From assembly GCA_963664875.1 (NCBI GenBank), contig OY761611.1:1120001-1184000 (forward strand): a stretch of DNA of 64,000 nt. Reading direction: 5' to 3'. Below, in pieces: positions 1 through 10,191 of the stretch (position 1 is the stretch's first letter; each line of letters begins with the position of its first letter). A model generated the notes under the pieces. The model was not told where the DNA came from. It made no database searches and saw only the letters and a list, made by a program, of their open reading frames with translations. Origin of the DNA: Candidatus Kapaibacterium sp. Its GTDB lineage: Bacteria > Bacteroidota > Ignavibacteria > Kapaibacteriales > UBA2268. A program made the translations under genes and the position numbers.

Positions 1-202
1 ACCATTCCTTAGCTCAAAGCATTATCAAATTACAAAAATATTCTTAGCAAAGCAAAGTAAAAATATTGGCAGGCAATGCGAAAAGTTTTTATTTTTCAAG
101 CACTTACAAAATTGTAATGCTTTAATCTTCCAAAACATGAATTTAGGCAAGACTAAACATTCACAACTAATATAGTCGTTATTAGTAGTTTTTTTGGGCA
201 AT

Positions 203-691
203 TTACCTGAGTAGTGTTATAAATATTTGTGTAGTATAATAGTTACCAAGCGAATCTGTAACAACTGCCGCACCCATTCTGTCCCAAGTCTTTAGCAAAT
301 TAGATTTGATTGCTTCATCTCCCATCCAATCTGCAAATATTTGAGTAGCCGGGTCTTCTGTGCCGTTGTAATACCCCACATTTTCGAACGCCAACTTGTA
401 TGCAGACTCTTCGCCTATAGCCGGTAACCTCTCTTCTTCAAAATTGTCATGCGAAATTTTTTTCATTTCAAGCATATAGAGCGAATGTTTGTAACATTGC
501 TCAGCAATGATTTCGGAAGGTTCAATTGTTGCTATACTATTTAGAGCTCTTAAACTATCCAGCTTACTATTGAGCGATAACAGCACTTCATGCGAAGGAA
601 CTTTTGTCATAGCTTTGGGTTCTATCGGGTTGTCGCTGTTAGTACAGGAAGAAATTACAAGCAATAATAAAGCAATAAAACAATATTTCAT
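203..691 (-). CDS. CAP (SCP-like) domain lipoprotein
   Basis: Likely start MKYCFIALLLLVISSC (lipobox Cys) at 691 rather than 760; CAP motifs HSxxM, SHD, ENVG, WM and final YYTTQIF. Confidence 0.75.
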   Translation of the reverse strand: MKYCFIALLLLVISSCTNSDNPIEPKAMTKVPSHEVLLSLNSKLDSLRALNSIATIEPSEIIAEQCYKHSLYMLEMKKISHDNFEEERLPAIGEESAYKLAFENVGYYNGTEDPATQIFADWMGDEAIKSNLLKTWDRMGAAVVTDSLGNYYTTQIFITLLR

Positions 692-932
692 TTCTAAACT
701 TCGATTGTTAATCTTTATCAAAAATACACGGGAATTTTGAATTGGTTGCATTTTTATCAAATATAATAAAAATCAGGTTCTTTTTTTTTGAGGAACAAAA
801 AATAGGCAGTTTTCTTATTATTTACGGGACTGCCCTATTGGCTCGAGCAAGGATATTATAGGAAGTAAACCAAAATATAGCAAAAGAGCAGTCCCAATAA
901 TCTTTATCTATTGAAATTAAAATCTATTGAAA

Positions 933-1625
933 TTAAAAATTTACTCCTTTGAAGTCTTCGATAAACGCAAGTCCGTTTTTAGCTTTTATATCGTCAGGAT
1001 CTAACTCCAAAGCTTTTTTGTAAGCTACTCTTGCGTCATAGTTTTTACCAAGATTCATGTAAGCATCGCCTAACAATGCATAAGCAGAAGGGCTATCAGG
1101 ATTGCGAAGTATCATTTTTTCCAGACAATTCGCAGCCTCTTCGTACAAACCTAAACGCAAATCAGTAACTCCAATATGGAAGTATGCTATAGTAAACTCC
1201 GGTGCGTTATCGACCACTGCTTTGTAATAGTTCCTTGCTTTGTGCAAATCACCGCAGTGGTAATTCATTATGCCCAGCCAATAATTTGCCATTAGAAAAT
1301 CAGGATCCATTTCCAAGACTTTTTCTAATTCTTTTATTGCTACCTTTATCCTACCCATGCGGTAGTAAGCAAGCCCAAGGTCGTACCTTGCAGTTGGAAA
1401 ATTAGGTAGTTTTTCAATTGCTTTGTTCAGATAAGTAACACTCTGATCGAGCAATCCTAATCGGTAGTACACATTTCCTATATGCTTATAAACTATACCC
1501 AATTCAGGATTTTCAGCAATTGCTTCTTTATAGTATTCAATAGCTTTCAAATATTCACCGTTAGTTTCAGCCTGATAAGCTGCCAATACATTCGGGTTGT
1601 CCGAGTCAAATTTTGAATATGTCAT
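933..1625 (-). CDS. Tetratricopeptide repeat protein
   Basis: About six 34-aa TPR units (e.g. ARYDLGLAYYRMG, AYALLGDAYMNLG, YKKALELDPDD); AGGAG Shine-Dalgarno upstream. Confidence 0.9.
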   Translation of the reverse strand: MTYSKFDSDNPNVLAAYQAETNGEYLKAIEYYKEAIAENPELGIVYKHIGNVYYRLGLLDQSVTYLNKAIEKLPNFPTARYDLGLAYYRMGRIKVAIKELEKVLEMDPDFLMANYWLGIMNYHCGDLHKARNYYKAVVDNAPEFTIAYFHIGVTDLRLGLYEEAANCLEKMILRNPDSPSAYALLGDAYMNLGKNYDARVAYKKALELDPDDIKAKNGLAFIEDFKGVNF

Positions 1626-1833
1626 CTCTTTTCTCCTAAGGGAAGTATCGCATTTATTAAAATAAACGCTTATATATATTTATAATTTTAAAATTCAGTT
1701 TAACTTATTATATGTGGCTATATTCCAATCACTTAGTCAAGTCTCCTCAACTACAGGATTTATAAATATTATTACTACCACATTCGGTATCTGACTTTTA
1801 CCTAAAAATTGCTATTCTATTAGCTTCCTGAAG

Positions 1834-2733
1834 CTACTTTAAATTGCTTTTAAAAGAAAAATCTACTGGACGTGGTTCGTCTCCGGAGTAATCATAAAAG
1901 CCTTTTCCGGTTTTTCTGCCGTAGTGCCCGGCACTTACTAATTTTCTAAGCAATGGAGCCGGTCTGTATTTACTGTCGCCCAAGTCATTATGCAACACTT
2001 CCAATATAGAAAGTGTAGTATCCAGCCCAATCAAATCAGCTAAAAACAATGGCCCCATAGGATGTGCAAACCCAAGCTTTGCTACTTCATCAATACCATC
2101 TACAGTGCCTACATTTTCCATCAACGCAAAAACCGCTTCGTTTATAAATGGCATCAAAATTCTGTTTGCAATAAACCCGGGGTAGTCGTTAGCTGTAACA
2201 GGGACTTTATGTAGAGTAATTGAAGTATCAACAATGGTTCTATAAACTTTATCCGAAGTAGATAGTCCACGTATTATCTCTACTAATTTCATCATAGGTA
2301 CGGGGTTCATAAAGTGCATACCTATGACCTGTTCAGGTCTTTTTGTCTGGGCGGCTATTTCTGTTATGGAAATAGTAGATGTATTGCTTGCAAGTATTGC
2401 TTCAGGTTTTACTAATTCATCAATTTTTCTAAAGAGGTCAAACTTGATGGTCTTATTTTCTGTTGCTGCTTCTACAACTAAATCTGCATCCTTACCACTT
2501 TCTAAATCAGTAGTTATTTGAATTTTATCTAAAATGTCTTTTATTTCTTCTACTGTGATTGTGCCTTTTTTGAGCTGTCTGTTAAGATTTTTTTCTATTA
2601 CAACAAGAGTCTTTTTCAAAGCGTCTTCCGAAATATCAAAAAGGATAACACTGAAACCATGCTGAGCGAATGTGTGAGCGATGCCATTGCCCATAGTGCC
2701 GGCACCGATTACCATAACTTGATTGATAGTCAT
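1834..2733 (-). CDS. hbd: 3-hydroxybutyryl-CoA dehydrogenase
   Basis: [10 protein letters not shown] Rossmann motif, [34 protein letters not shown]. Confidence 0.9.
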   Translation of the reverse strand: MTINQVMVIGAGTMGNGIAHTFAQHGFSVILFDISEDALKKTLVVIEKNLNRQLKKGTITVEEIKDILDKIQITTDLESGKDADLVVEAATENKTIKFDLFRKIDELVKPEAILASNTSTISITEIAAQTKRPEQVIGMHFMNPVPMMKLVEIIRGLSTSDKVYRTIVDTSITLHKVPVTANDYPGFIANRILMPFINEAVFALMENVGTVDGIDEVAKLGFAHPMGPLFLADLIGLDTTLSILEVLHNDLGDSKYRPAPLLRKLVSAGHYGRKTGKGFYDYSGDEPRPVDFSFKSNLK

Positions 2734-2865
2734 CTTTAGAACTCCTTAGATTGTATATTTTTTTGAATAAAATTGCTATTTTGCTATATATTTCGAATCA
2801 CATAGCAAACAAACTACTATTATGGCAGTTTAATGCTATATTTATTTAATGTATGAGGATTAAAC

Positions 2866-3858
2866 ATGAAAAATATTGAATACAAAGCCCTATTTGTAAG
2901 AGAAATTGAAGAAAATAAATTCCAAAGAAGCATAGAAACTTTGCAAACTGCTGATTTGCCTCAAAATGGAGTGCTTATTCGTGTCTTATATTCATCACTC
3001 AATTATAAAGATGCTTTATCAGCTTCCGGTCACAAAGGCATAACTCGAAGCTATCCTTTTCAGCCCGGAATCGATGCAGCAGGGATTGTAGAATCGTCCA
3101 ATTCCGATTTATGGAAGCCGGGAGATGAAGTAATCGTTACTGGTCACGATTTGGGCATGAATACTTACGGCGGATTTGGACAATTTATCAATGTTCCTGC
3201 AGAGTGGATTGTTCCACGTCCTGCAGGTTTGTCCTTAAAGCAGGCTATGATGCATGGCACTGCAGGTTTCACTGCCGGAGTCAGCGTTTACGAGCTGCAA
3301 CGCAATAATGTTGCACCCGGCAGCACAGTACTCGTAACAGGTGCTTCGGGAGGAGTCGGGAGCATAAGTGTTGCTATACTATCAAAATTAGGATACAAAG
3401 TCATTGCATCTACAGGAAAAAAAGATACAGAATTCTTCTCAAAACTCGGCAATCCCGAATTGATAGACAGATCTGAAGTCAACGATAAAAGCGGACGACC
3501 TTTGCTTTCAGGCAGATGGCACGGCGCTATAGATACTGTAGGCGGAAACACACTCTCTACAGTAATCCGTTCCACCAAGCAGAGAGGCTGCGTTACAGTC
3601 ATGGGCAATGTCGAATCTAATGATTTGAATATAACTGTTATGCCTTTCCTACTCCGTGGGGTAACAATTCAGGGGATAGATTCTGCCTCAAGACCGATGG
3701 ATTTGCGTCGGGTAATTTGGATGAACCTTTCAGAAGATTGGAAAGTAGATCTTTCTTTTATGATAAAAGAAGTAGGTTTATCTGATTTGAGCACTGAAAT
3801 AGATACAATTCTGAAAGGTGGGCAAAAAGGCAGAGTTGTCGTAGATTTGTGGAAATAG
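2866..3858 (+). CDS. YhdH/AcuI family MDR oxidoreductase (acryloyl-CoA reductase-like)
   Basis: YSSLNYKDAL, PGIDAAG, GTAGFTA, VTGASGGVGS, PFLLRGVTIQGIDS are YhdH family motifs. Confidence 0.85.
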   Translation: MKNIEYKALFVREIEENKFQRSIETLQTADLPQNGVLIRVLYSSLNYKDALSASGHKGITRSYPFQPGIDAAGIVESSNSDLWKPGDEVIVTGHDLGMNTYGGFGQFINVPAEWIVPRPAGLSLKQAMMHGTAGFTAGVSVYELQRNNVAPGSTVLVTGASGGVGSISVAILSKLGYKVIASTGKKDTEFFSKLGNPELIDRSEVNDKSGRPLLSGRWHGAIDTVGGNTLSTVIRSTKQRGCVTVMGNVESNDLNITVMPFLLRGVTIQGIDSASRPMDLRRVIWMNLSEDWKVDLSFMIKEVGLSDLSTEIDTILKGGQKGRVVVDLWK

Positions 3859-3879
3859 TTATCAAATTGCCAAAATACT

Positions 3880-3916
3880 CAAAAGGCTGTTTTTTTTCAT
3901 AAAAAACAGCCTTTTG
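3880..3916. terminator. Bidirectional intrinsic terminator between convergent yhdH-like and purM
   Basis: caaaaggctgttttt...aaaaacagccttttg inverted repeat. Confidence 0.75.
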
Positions 3917-3941
3917 TTTCAATATCTGTGTTGTTTTTTTA

Positions 3942-4937
3942 CTATGCTTCTACGATGCGTCCCATTATCACAGGAGATTCAATCTTTGCCATTTCCATCA
4001 CAGTATCAACATTGTTTTTATCAACAATCAAAATCATACCTATACCAAGATTAAATACATGACGCATTTCTTCTTCGTCAATATTTCCGGTTTTTTGAAT
4101 CAAATCAAAAATAGGTAGTCTTTCCCATGAGTTCCAATCTATTTCCATAGCAGTATTTTCAGGCATAATTCGAGAAGTATTACCAACGATACCGCCACCG
4201 GTAATGTGCGAAATACCACTAATCAAGTCTTTTTCCAACATCGGATAAACAGTCTGAAGATATGATCTATGCACTGCAAGCAAGCTCTCGCCTACTGAGC
4301 AACCTAAAGAATCAACAAACTCATCTACTTTATATTTACCAAGTAACACAGCACGCGCTAATGAATAGCCGTTTGTATGCAAGCCTGTAGATTTTAATCC
4401 TATCATCACATCGCCGGGTTTAACTTTAGAGCCATTGATAATCTTATTTTTATCTACGACACCAACGATAGTCCCTGACATGTCATACTCGCCATTTGCA
4501 TAAATCGAAGGCATTTCAGCAGTTTCACCACCAATAAGAGCACATCCGTTTAGCTTACAGCCATCTACAAAACCGCTTATTACATCTTCTGCCACAGCAG
4601 GATTGAGCTGACCTGTAGCAAAATAATCCATAAAAAATAATGGCCTTGCACCGCAGCATAAAATATCATCAACACAGTGATTGACAAGACATTGACCTAC
4701 TGTATTATGTTTGTTTGTCATAAATGCAATTTTTAGTTTAGTGCCGACACCGTCCACACTTGAAACCAAAATAGGATGCTCCAAATCTTCAAACTTTGCA
4801 TCATAAAATCCGCCAAAAAGACCGATTTCAGCCAATACTTTGTCGTTGAAAGTTGATTTTACAAGAGGTTTAATTCTTTTTACTGTTTCGTCACCGGCTG
4901 CTATATCTACACCGGCTGCTTTATAGGTAATGCTCAT
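3942..4937 (-). CDS. purM: Phosphoribosylformylglycinamidine cyclo-ligase
   Basis: TYKAAGVDI, DGVGTKL, GGETAEMP, GLHTNGYSL, HITGGG, FNLGIG. Confidence 0.97.
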   Translation of the reverse strand: MSITYKAAGVDIAAGDETVKRIKPLVKSTFNDKVLAEIGLFGGFYDAKFEDLEHPILVSSVDGVGTKLKIAFMTNKHNTVGQCLVNHCVDDILCCGARPLFFMDYFATGQLNPAVAEDVISGFVDGCKLNGCALIGGETAEMPSIYANGEYDMSGTIVGVVDKNKIINGSKVKPGDVMIGLKSTGLHTNGYSLARAVLLGKYKVDEFVDSLGCSVGESLLAVHRSYLQTVYPMLEKDLISGISHITGGGIVGNTSRIMPENTAMEIDWNSWERLPIFDLIQKTGNIDEEEMRHVFNLGIGMILIVDKNNVDTVMEMAKIESPVIMGRIVEA

Positions 4938-5282
4938 TGGAATTATAGTGCTTAGTTAATAATTTGCCTAAGGAATATACAAAAATACTCAATAATAAGA
5001 GAAATAAAAATTGATATTAGGTAATTTAGTTTATCAACCTAGCAATCTTATTGTCGAAAAACAGCTATAGTCTATTTTACACATCACTTTATACCTATAA
5101 ATACCTAAGTGTATTTCCTCCCGGTTTTAATTTCTAAGGCTTTATACTTAATCATATATGTCTATTTGTTATATTTTTACACATATTTACATGTTTTTAC
5201 TTGTTTGTATGAACTTTATATACTATTTTATCTTATTGATTTATTTATATCATTTAAATTTTTCAACATTAAGGATAAAAAT

Positions 5283-7244
5283 ATGCGGTATCTAATTTGC
5301 TCAATTATTATAAGCCTATTGCTTATAAACTTATCTTTCGCAGATGAATACACAGAAGATTTTGAATCTGCCACACATAATGCCACCACATTTACCTCTA
5401 ATGGTTTTACTTTTAATTTGACTAATCAACTCAAAATATATAATTCCGGGAACTTTTATGAAGGCTACGACAACTCCAGACTAATGATTAGTACTGACAT
5501 TAATGGAGGTAATTCAGGGTATAATGGAAGTATGACAATATCCTCAGGCAAATTCTATTTAAAAAGTATGTATTTGTATCCCGGAGATCCTGATAAAGTT
5601 ACAGGTAATGTTACAATTGAACTTTGGAGTTCCGGTGCAATGATTACTTCTCTAACAAAAGGATTCAATCAGAATCCAAATGACTTCGAACTATGGGATA
5701 TCCAGTCGCCAAATAATCATATTCCAATCGATGAAATTAAATTTTCCTTTACAGGAAGTGTTACAAATTTGCGTATCGACCACTTCACTTTCGAAATAGC
5801 TCCTGAAATAAACATCCTCGGTAACGGAACTTCTATCACTGACGGAGATGCAACTCCCGATCTTAACGATCACACAGATTTTGGATCTGCAAATATCGCA
5901 GGCGAAACAGTTGTACGAACTTTTACAATTCAAAATTTAGGCACAAAAGTTCTTAGTCTCACAGGCCCTCCATATATTAGTATTGGTGGAGCAAATGCTG
6001 CTGACTTTTCTGTAACGGCTCAGCCTACTCCTACCATTGCAGCACTTACGGGCAGCACCACATTTAATATTACTTTTGATCCGAGTGCAGAAGGCACTCG
6101 TAGTGCGACAATCAGTATTGGCAATGACGATAGTGACGAAAATCCCTATAACTTTTCGATACAGGGTACCGGAACTGTTACACCGGAAATTGATGTTTCC
6201 GGAAACGGAAATTCAATTGCAAACGGCGACGTAACTCCAACCATTACTGACAATACAGATTTTGGCTCAATTCCTACCATCGGTGGTACTACTGAAAAGA
6301 TATTTACCATTAGTAATTCAGGTAACGGAGCATTGACCTTATCCGGCAATCCTATAATATCTATTGGAGGTGCCAACGCAGCCGACTTTACTGTTACTTC
6401 ACAGGCAAATTCACCTGTTGCTGCCAATGGTGGTTCAACCAATTTTACAATACAGTTTGACCCAAGCGTTTCTGCACTCAGGAGTGCAACTGTAACTATT
6501 CAAAATGATGACTCCGACGAATCGCCTTACACATTTGCTATCCAAGGAACAGGTGTAGATGTCTCTGTGCCTACATTATCATCTGTCGCTGCTTCCAACA
6601 TTACCGAAGGTACATCAAGTTCCGGTGGGAATATCACAAGCGATGGCGGTGCTGCAGTTACTGCTCGAGGAGTAGTTTGGAGTAAGACAAACACTCCAAC
6701 TTTGAGCAGCAATGAAGCAGGAAGCACTTCAGACGGCACCGGAACAGGAGCATTTACTTCTGACTTGTCTGCCTTGGAAGCAGGTACTAAATATTACGTT
6801 CGAGCCTATGCAAGTAACGCTGCAGGCACAGGCTACGGTAATGAAATTTCTTTCAGTACCTTAAACTTAGATATTTCTGTCTCACAAGTAACTAAAATCA
6901 GCGATACAGAATATTCTTTATCTTGCACAATAGACAATCAAATAGGTACAAACATTACAGCGAAAGGTATAGTCTGGAGTACATCTCAAAATCCAACTAC
7001 AAGCAGTAATTCAGGCATAGAAACCGCAGTAACCGGAGGCAATGCAGACTACACTCTAAATGCGTCTAATTTGTCAGTTGGTCCCGGCTATTACGTCAGG
7101 GCATACATAACAACTGCAAACGGCACGTTTTACTCGGATCAGATACATTTCGGGGTCGTACCTACTTTACCTGAATGGGGTTTAATTGCTTTACTATGCG
7201 GGTTACTTCTAAGCGGAGCGTGGACGATTTACAGAAGATTTTGA
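5283..7244 (+). CDS. Surface protein with two choice-of-anchor D-type Ig domains, two FN3-like domains and an IPTL-CTERM sorting signal
   Basis: Start MRYLICSII (signal peptide) at 5283 after AAGGA; duplicated PEIxxxGNGxSIxxGD...TDFG...NDDSDExPYxFxIQGTG domains; YYVRAY repeats; C-terminus VPTLPEWGLIALL-TM-RRF. Confidence 0.8.
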   Translation: MRYLICSIIISLLLINLSFADEYTEDFESATHNATTFTSNGFTFNLTNQLKIYNSGNFYEGYDNSRLMISTDINGGNSGYNGSMTISSGKFYLKSMYLYPGDPDKVTGNVTIELWSSGAMITSLTKGFNQNPNDFELWDIQSPNNHIPIDEIKFSFTGSVTNLRIDHFTFEIAPEINILGNGTSITDGDATPDLNDHTDFGSANIAGETVVRTFTIQNLGTKVLSLTGPPYISIGGANAADFSVTAQPTPTIAALTGSTTFNITFDPSAEGTRSATISIGNDDSDENPYNFSIQGTGTVTPEIDVSGNGNSIANGDVTPTITDNTDFGSIPTIGGTTEKIFTISNSGNGALTLSGNPIISIGGANAADFTVTSQANSPVAANGGSTNFTIQFDPSVSALRSATVTIQNDDSDESPYTFAIQGTGVDVSVPTLSSVAASNITEGTSSSGGNITSDGGAAVTARGVVWSKTNTPTLSSNEAGSTSDGTGTGAFTSDLSALEAGTKYYVRAYASNAAGTGYGNEISFSTLNLDISVSQVTKISDTEYSLSCTIDNQIGTNITAKGIVWSTSQNPTTSSNSGIETAVTGGNADYTLNASNLSVGPGYYVRAYITTANGTFYSDQIHFGVVPTLPEWGLIALLCGLLLSGAWTIYRRF

Positions 7245-7280
7245 TAAGTATTACGAAATAACAAATACTATTTATATTTA

Positions 7281-7316
7281 GGGAGTGCAAAGTTCAATGC
7301 TCTGCACTCCCCTTTT
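7281..7316 (+). terminator. Intrinsic terminator
   Basis: gggagtgca...tgcactccc stem followed by T-rich tract. Confidence 0.65.
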
Positions 7317-7397
7317 ATATTTCACCAATTCAATTCTTGAGACAAATGATTTTGACTGCACACAGAGATATTTAATATGCAGAAAAAAAACATGACC

Positions 7398-8561
7398 TTA
7401 TCTATAAGCCGGAATACCTGTTATATCTTCACCAAGGATAAGAGTATGTATCTCATGAGTTCCTTCATAGGTTTTTACTGATTCAAGATTTGCAGCATGC
7501 CTCATGACAGGATATTCGTCCAAGATGCCGTTAGCACCGTGAATTTCTCTTGCTCTTCTTGCTATTTCAAGAGCAATCTCTACATTGTTTCTTTTTGCAA
7601 ATGAAACATGTTGAGGTTTATAATTACCTGACTCCATTATTCTGCCCAGTCTTTGATTGACAAGTTGAGCTTTTGTGATTTCCGTCATCATGTAAACGAG
7701 TTTTTCTTGTGTAAGCTGAAAGCCGGCAATCGGCTTATCGAATTGAATTCTTGATTTGGAATATTGCAAGGCAGAATCAAACACAGACATTGCAGCTCCC
7801 ACAACTCCCCATGCTATACCATATCTTGCCTGAGTCAGGCAAGCCAAAGGTCCTTTTAATCCGGAAATATCTAATCTGTTTTCTTCAGGTACAAAAGCAT
7901 CCTGAAAAACGAGCTCACTTGTTACAGAAGCTCTAAGAGAATGTTTACCTTTCATTTCCGGAGCAGTAAAGCCTTCTGTACCCTTTTCGATAAGAAAACC
8001 GGTAATTTTTCCGTCTAACTTAGCCCAAACAACAGCTATATCAGCAATTGTACCATTAGTAATCCACATTTTGGCACCATTGAGCAAATAACCGCCGTCA
8101 ACTTTGACTGCAGTAGTAATCATTCCTCCGGGATTAGAACCAAAATCCGGTTCTGTGAGTCCAAAGCAACCTATAGCATCACCTGACGCAAGTTTAGGAA
8201 GCCATTTTCTCTTAATTGCCTCTGAGGCAAATTCATGGATTGGATACATGACCAATGAATTTTGTACAGAAGCAAATGAACGGATAGCCGAATCACCTCT
8301 TTCAAGTTCCTGCATAGCAAGTCCGTATGCAGTATAATTAGCACCGGCACCACCATACTCCTCAGGGATTTTGATACCAAGCAACCCAAGCTCAGCCATC
8401 TTTGGAATCAAATCGTGTGGAAAAGTTCCTTCACGGTAATGTTTATCTATTATAGGGACAATTTCATTTTCGGTAAAGTCCCTTACTGTATCTCGTATTA
8501 GTAGCTCTTCTTGCGTGTAGAGCGAGTCTGTATCATAATAGTCTATCGGATAAAAAGCCAT
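7398..8561 (-). CDS. gcdH: Glutaryl-CoA dehydrogenase-type acyl-CoA dehydrogenase
   Basis: ELERGDSAIRSFASVQNSLVM, CFGLTEPDFGSNP, KHSLRASVT, ARYGIAWG, TYEGTHEIHTLILG match the GcdH subfamily. Confidence 0.85.
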   Translation of the reverse strand: MAFYPIDYYDTDSLYTQEELLIRDTVRDFTENEIVPIIDKHYREGTFPHDLIPKMAELGLLGIKIPEEYGGAGANYTAYGLAMQELERGDSAIRSFASVQNSLVMYPIHEFASEAIKRKWLPKLASGDAIGCFGLTEPDFGSNPGGMITTAVKVDGGYLLNGAKMWITNGTIADIAVVWAKLDGKITGFLIEKGTEGFTAPEMKGKHSLRASVTSELVFQDAFVPEENRLDISGLKGPLACLTQARYGIAWGVVGAAMSVFDSALQYSKSRIQFDKPIAGFQLTQEKLVYMMTEITKAQLVNQRLGRIMESGNYKPQHVSFAKRNNVEIALEIARRAREIHGANGILDEYPVMRHAANLESVKTYEGTHEIHTLILGEDITGIPAYR

Positions 8562-8663
8562 TTTTTCCTCTCAAAGGTAAAATAGTGAGTTATAAAATTT
8601 CATATTTCAATGTTTATCTAAAAAAAATATTGTAAATAAGTTGCTGAGTTAGCAAAAAGTTCT

Positions 8664-8671
8664 TATTTTTG
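8664..8671 (+). promoter_or_regulatory. Bacteroidota-type -7 promoter element (TAnnTTTG) for the nusA operon
   Basis: TAttTTTG just upstream of the leader hairpin; the same motif occurs before rpsO (15618-15625), the STAND-like ATPase (31110-31117) and murI (61344-61351). Confidence 0.5.
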
Positions 8672-8686
8672 TAGAACTGATATGGG

Positions 8687-8710
8687 AAAGGCCACGAGTG
8701 CCTTTTTTTT
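8687..8710 (+). promoter_or_regulatory. rimP-leader-like attenuator hairpin
   Basis: aaaggc-cacgagt-gccttt plus T tract in the nusA 5' leader, where the rimP-nusA-infB leader terminator normally sits. Confidence 0.55.
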
Positions 8711-8789
8711 ATTATAGGTACCAACACAAGCAAATTATAACTTGCTTACAAATAATTTCAGTATTTGTTCAAATATTTTGAAGAAAGCA

Positions 8790-10115
8790 ATGGCAAGGCG
8801 CAAAGTTAATCAAAAAAACGATAAGAAAGTAATCATCGAAGCTTTTGCAGAAATGGCAAAGCATAAAAGCATAGACCGAGATTTGCTGCAGGGGGTCCTC
8901 GAAGAGACTTTGTCTATGATTATCAGGAAAAAATACGGACCTGATGCCAATTTTGACATTATTGTAAACATGGAAAAAGGCGACATAGAAATATATCTTA
9001 CACGCGAAGTTATCGACGAAGATTTCCTCGAAGATGAAGATACTCAAATTTCTGTGCAGGAAGCCAATATGTACAGCGATGAAACATACGAAATTGGCGA
9101 TGAATTTATCGAAGAAATAACTTTGGACAATATAGCTGAAAACTTCGGTCGCAGATTGATTTCACTTGCCTCTCAAAACCTGAACCAAAGAATTAGAGAA
9201 ATTGAAAAAGACAACATATATAATGAATACGCTTCAAAACTAAACGAGATTTTAGTTGGTGAGGTTTATCAAATCAGACGTCATGACATTTTAGTACTTC
9301 ACAACAAAATTGAATGCCGTTTGCCTCGAGAAGAGCAAATACCTAATGAAAGTTACAGACACAAAAAAAATCAGAGCATAAAAACTATAGTCAAAGAAGT
9401 AAAAAGAAACGGTGCAGGCGGTCAGCCGGAAGTCATACTTTCCCGCTCTTCAGAAGAGTTTTTAGCAAGATTGTTTGAAATAGAAATTCCTGAGATTTAC
9501 GATGGCATCATCCAAATCAAAGGTATTGCAAGAGATCCGGGCGAAAGAAGTAAAGTTTCTGTTATGTCTTTTGATGACAGAGTAGATCCTGTTGGTGCTT
9601 GCGTAGGTATGAAAGGTATTCGTATCCACTCTATAGTTAGAGAGTTAAATAACGAAAACATCGACTTGATACAGTTTTCAGAAGATATCAAAACATATAT
9701 CGAAAGAGCTCTCTCTCCTGCAAGAGTAAAAGAAATTACTGTTGACGAAGAAACTCTAAGCGCTACAGTGATAGTGCCGGACGACCAAGTATCTCTTGCT
9801 ATAGGTAAAAACGGTCAGAACGTTCGACTTGCTTCCAAGCTGACAGGTTATGCACTTTCCTTAGTAAAAGAAGGATTTGAAGATATAGATTTGAGCGAGT
9901 TTAAAGTAGAACTCGGCGAAGAACTTTATAATGAACTCATGGAAGACGGCATCAGCACCGCTAGAGAGTTCTTAGATGCTGACCCTGCTGACTTATTAGC
10001 ATTAAACAGCTTGAATAAAGAATTTTTATTAGAACTTAGAACTATCATGCTCACAGAACTTGAAGAAGAAGAATCTCAAGAAACTGTAGCCTTGATAAAT
10101 AGTATAGATTTATAG
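8790..10115 (+). CDS. nusA: Transcription termination/antitermination factor NusA
   Basis: EIPEIYDG, ARDPGERSKV, DPVGACVGMKG, SLAIGKNGQNVRLA; ATG at 8790 preferred over TTG at 8742. Confidence 0.97.
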   Translation: MARRKVNQKNDKKVIIEAFAEMAKHKSIDRDLLQGVLEETLSMIIRKKYGPDANFDIIVNMEKGDIEIYLTREVIDEDFLEDEDTQISVQEANMYSDETYEIGDEFIEEITLDNIAENFGRRLISLASQNLNQRIREIEKDNIYNEYASKLNEILVGEVYQIRRHDILVLHNKIECRLPREEQIPNESYRHKKNQSIKTIVKEVKRNGAGGQPEVILSRSSEEFLARLFEIEIPEIYDGIIQIKGIARDPGERSKVSVMSFDDRVDPVGACVGMKGIRIHSIVRELNNENIDLIQFSEDIKTYIERALSPARVKEITVDEETLSATVIVPDDQVSLAIGKNGQNVRLASKLTGYALSLVKEGFEDIDLSEFKVELGEELYNELMEDGISTAREFLDADPADLLALNSLNKEFLLELRTIMLTELEEEESQETVALINSIDL

Positions 10116-10191
10116 AGAATTATCCCTTTTTAGTCTTTAAAATTTGGATAAACGGAATTATATTTTTCAGAAAAATGAGTATTAGAGGTTT

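Noticed and set aside
856-897. 13-codon hydrophobic TTG ORF (type I toxin-like) on the minus strand
   Set aside because: No SD, very short and expected by chance in T-rich DNA
5109-5282. Hydrophobic N-terminal extension of the IPTL-CTERM ORF
   Set aside because: AT-rich intergenic read-through; the ATG at 5283 has an SD and a signal peptide
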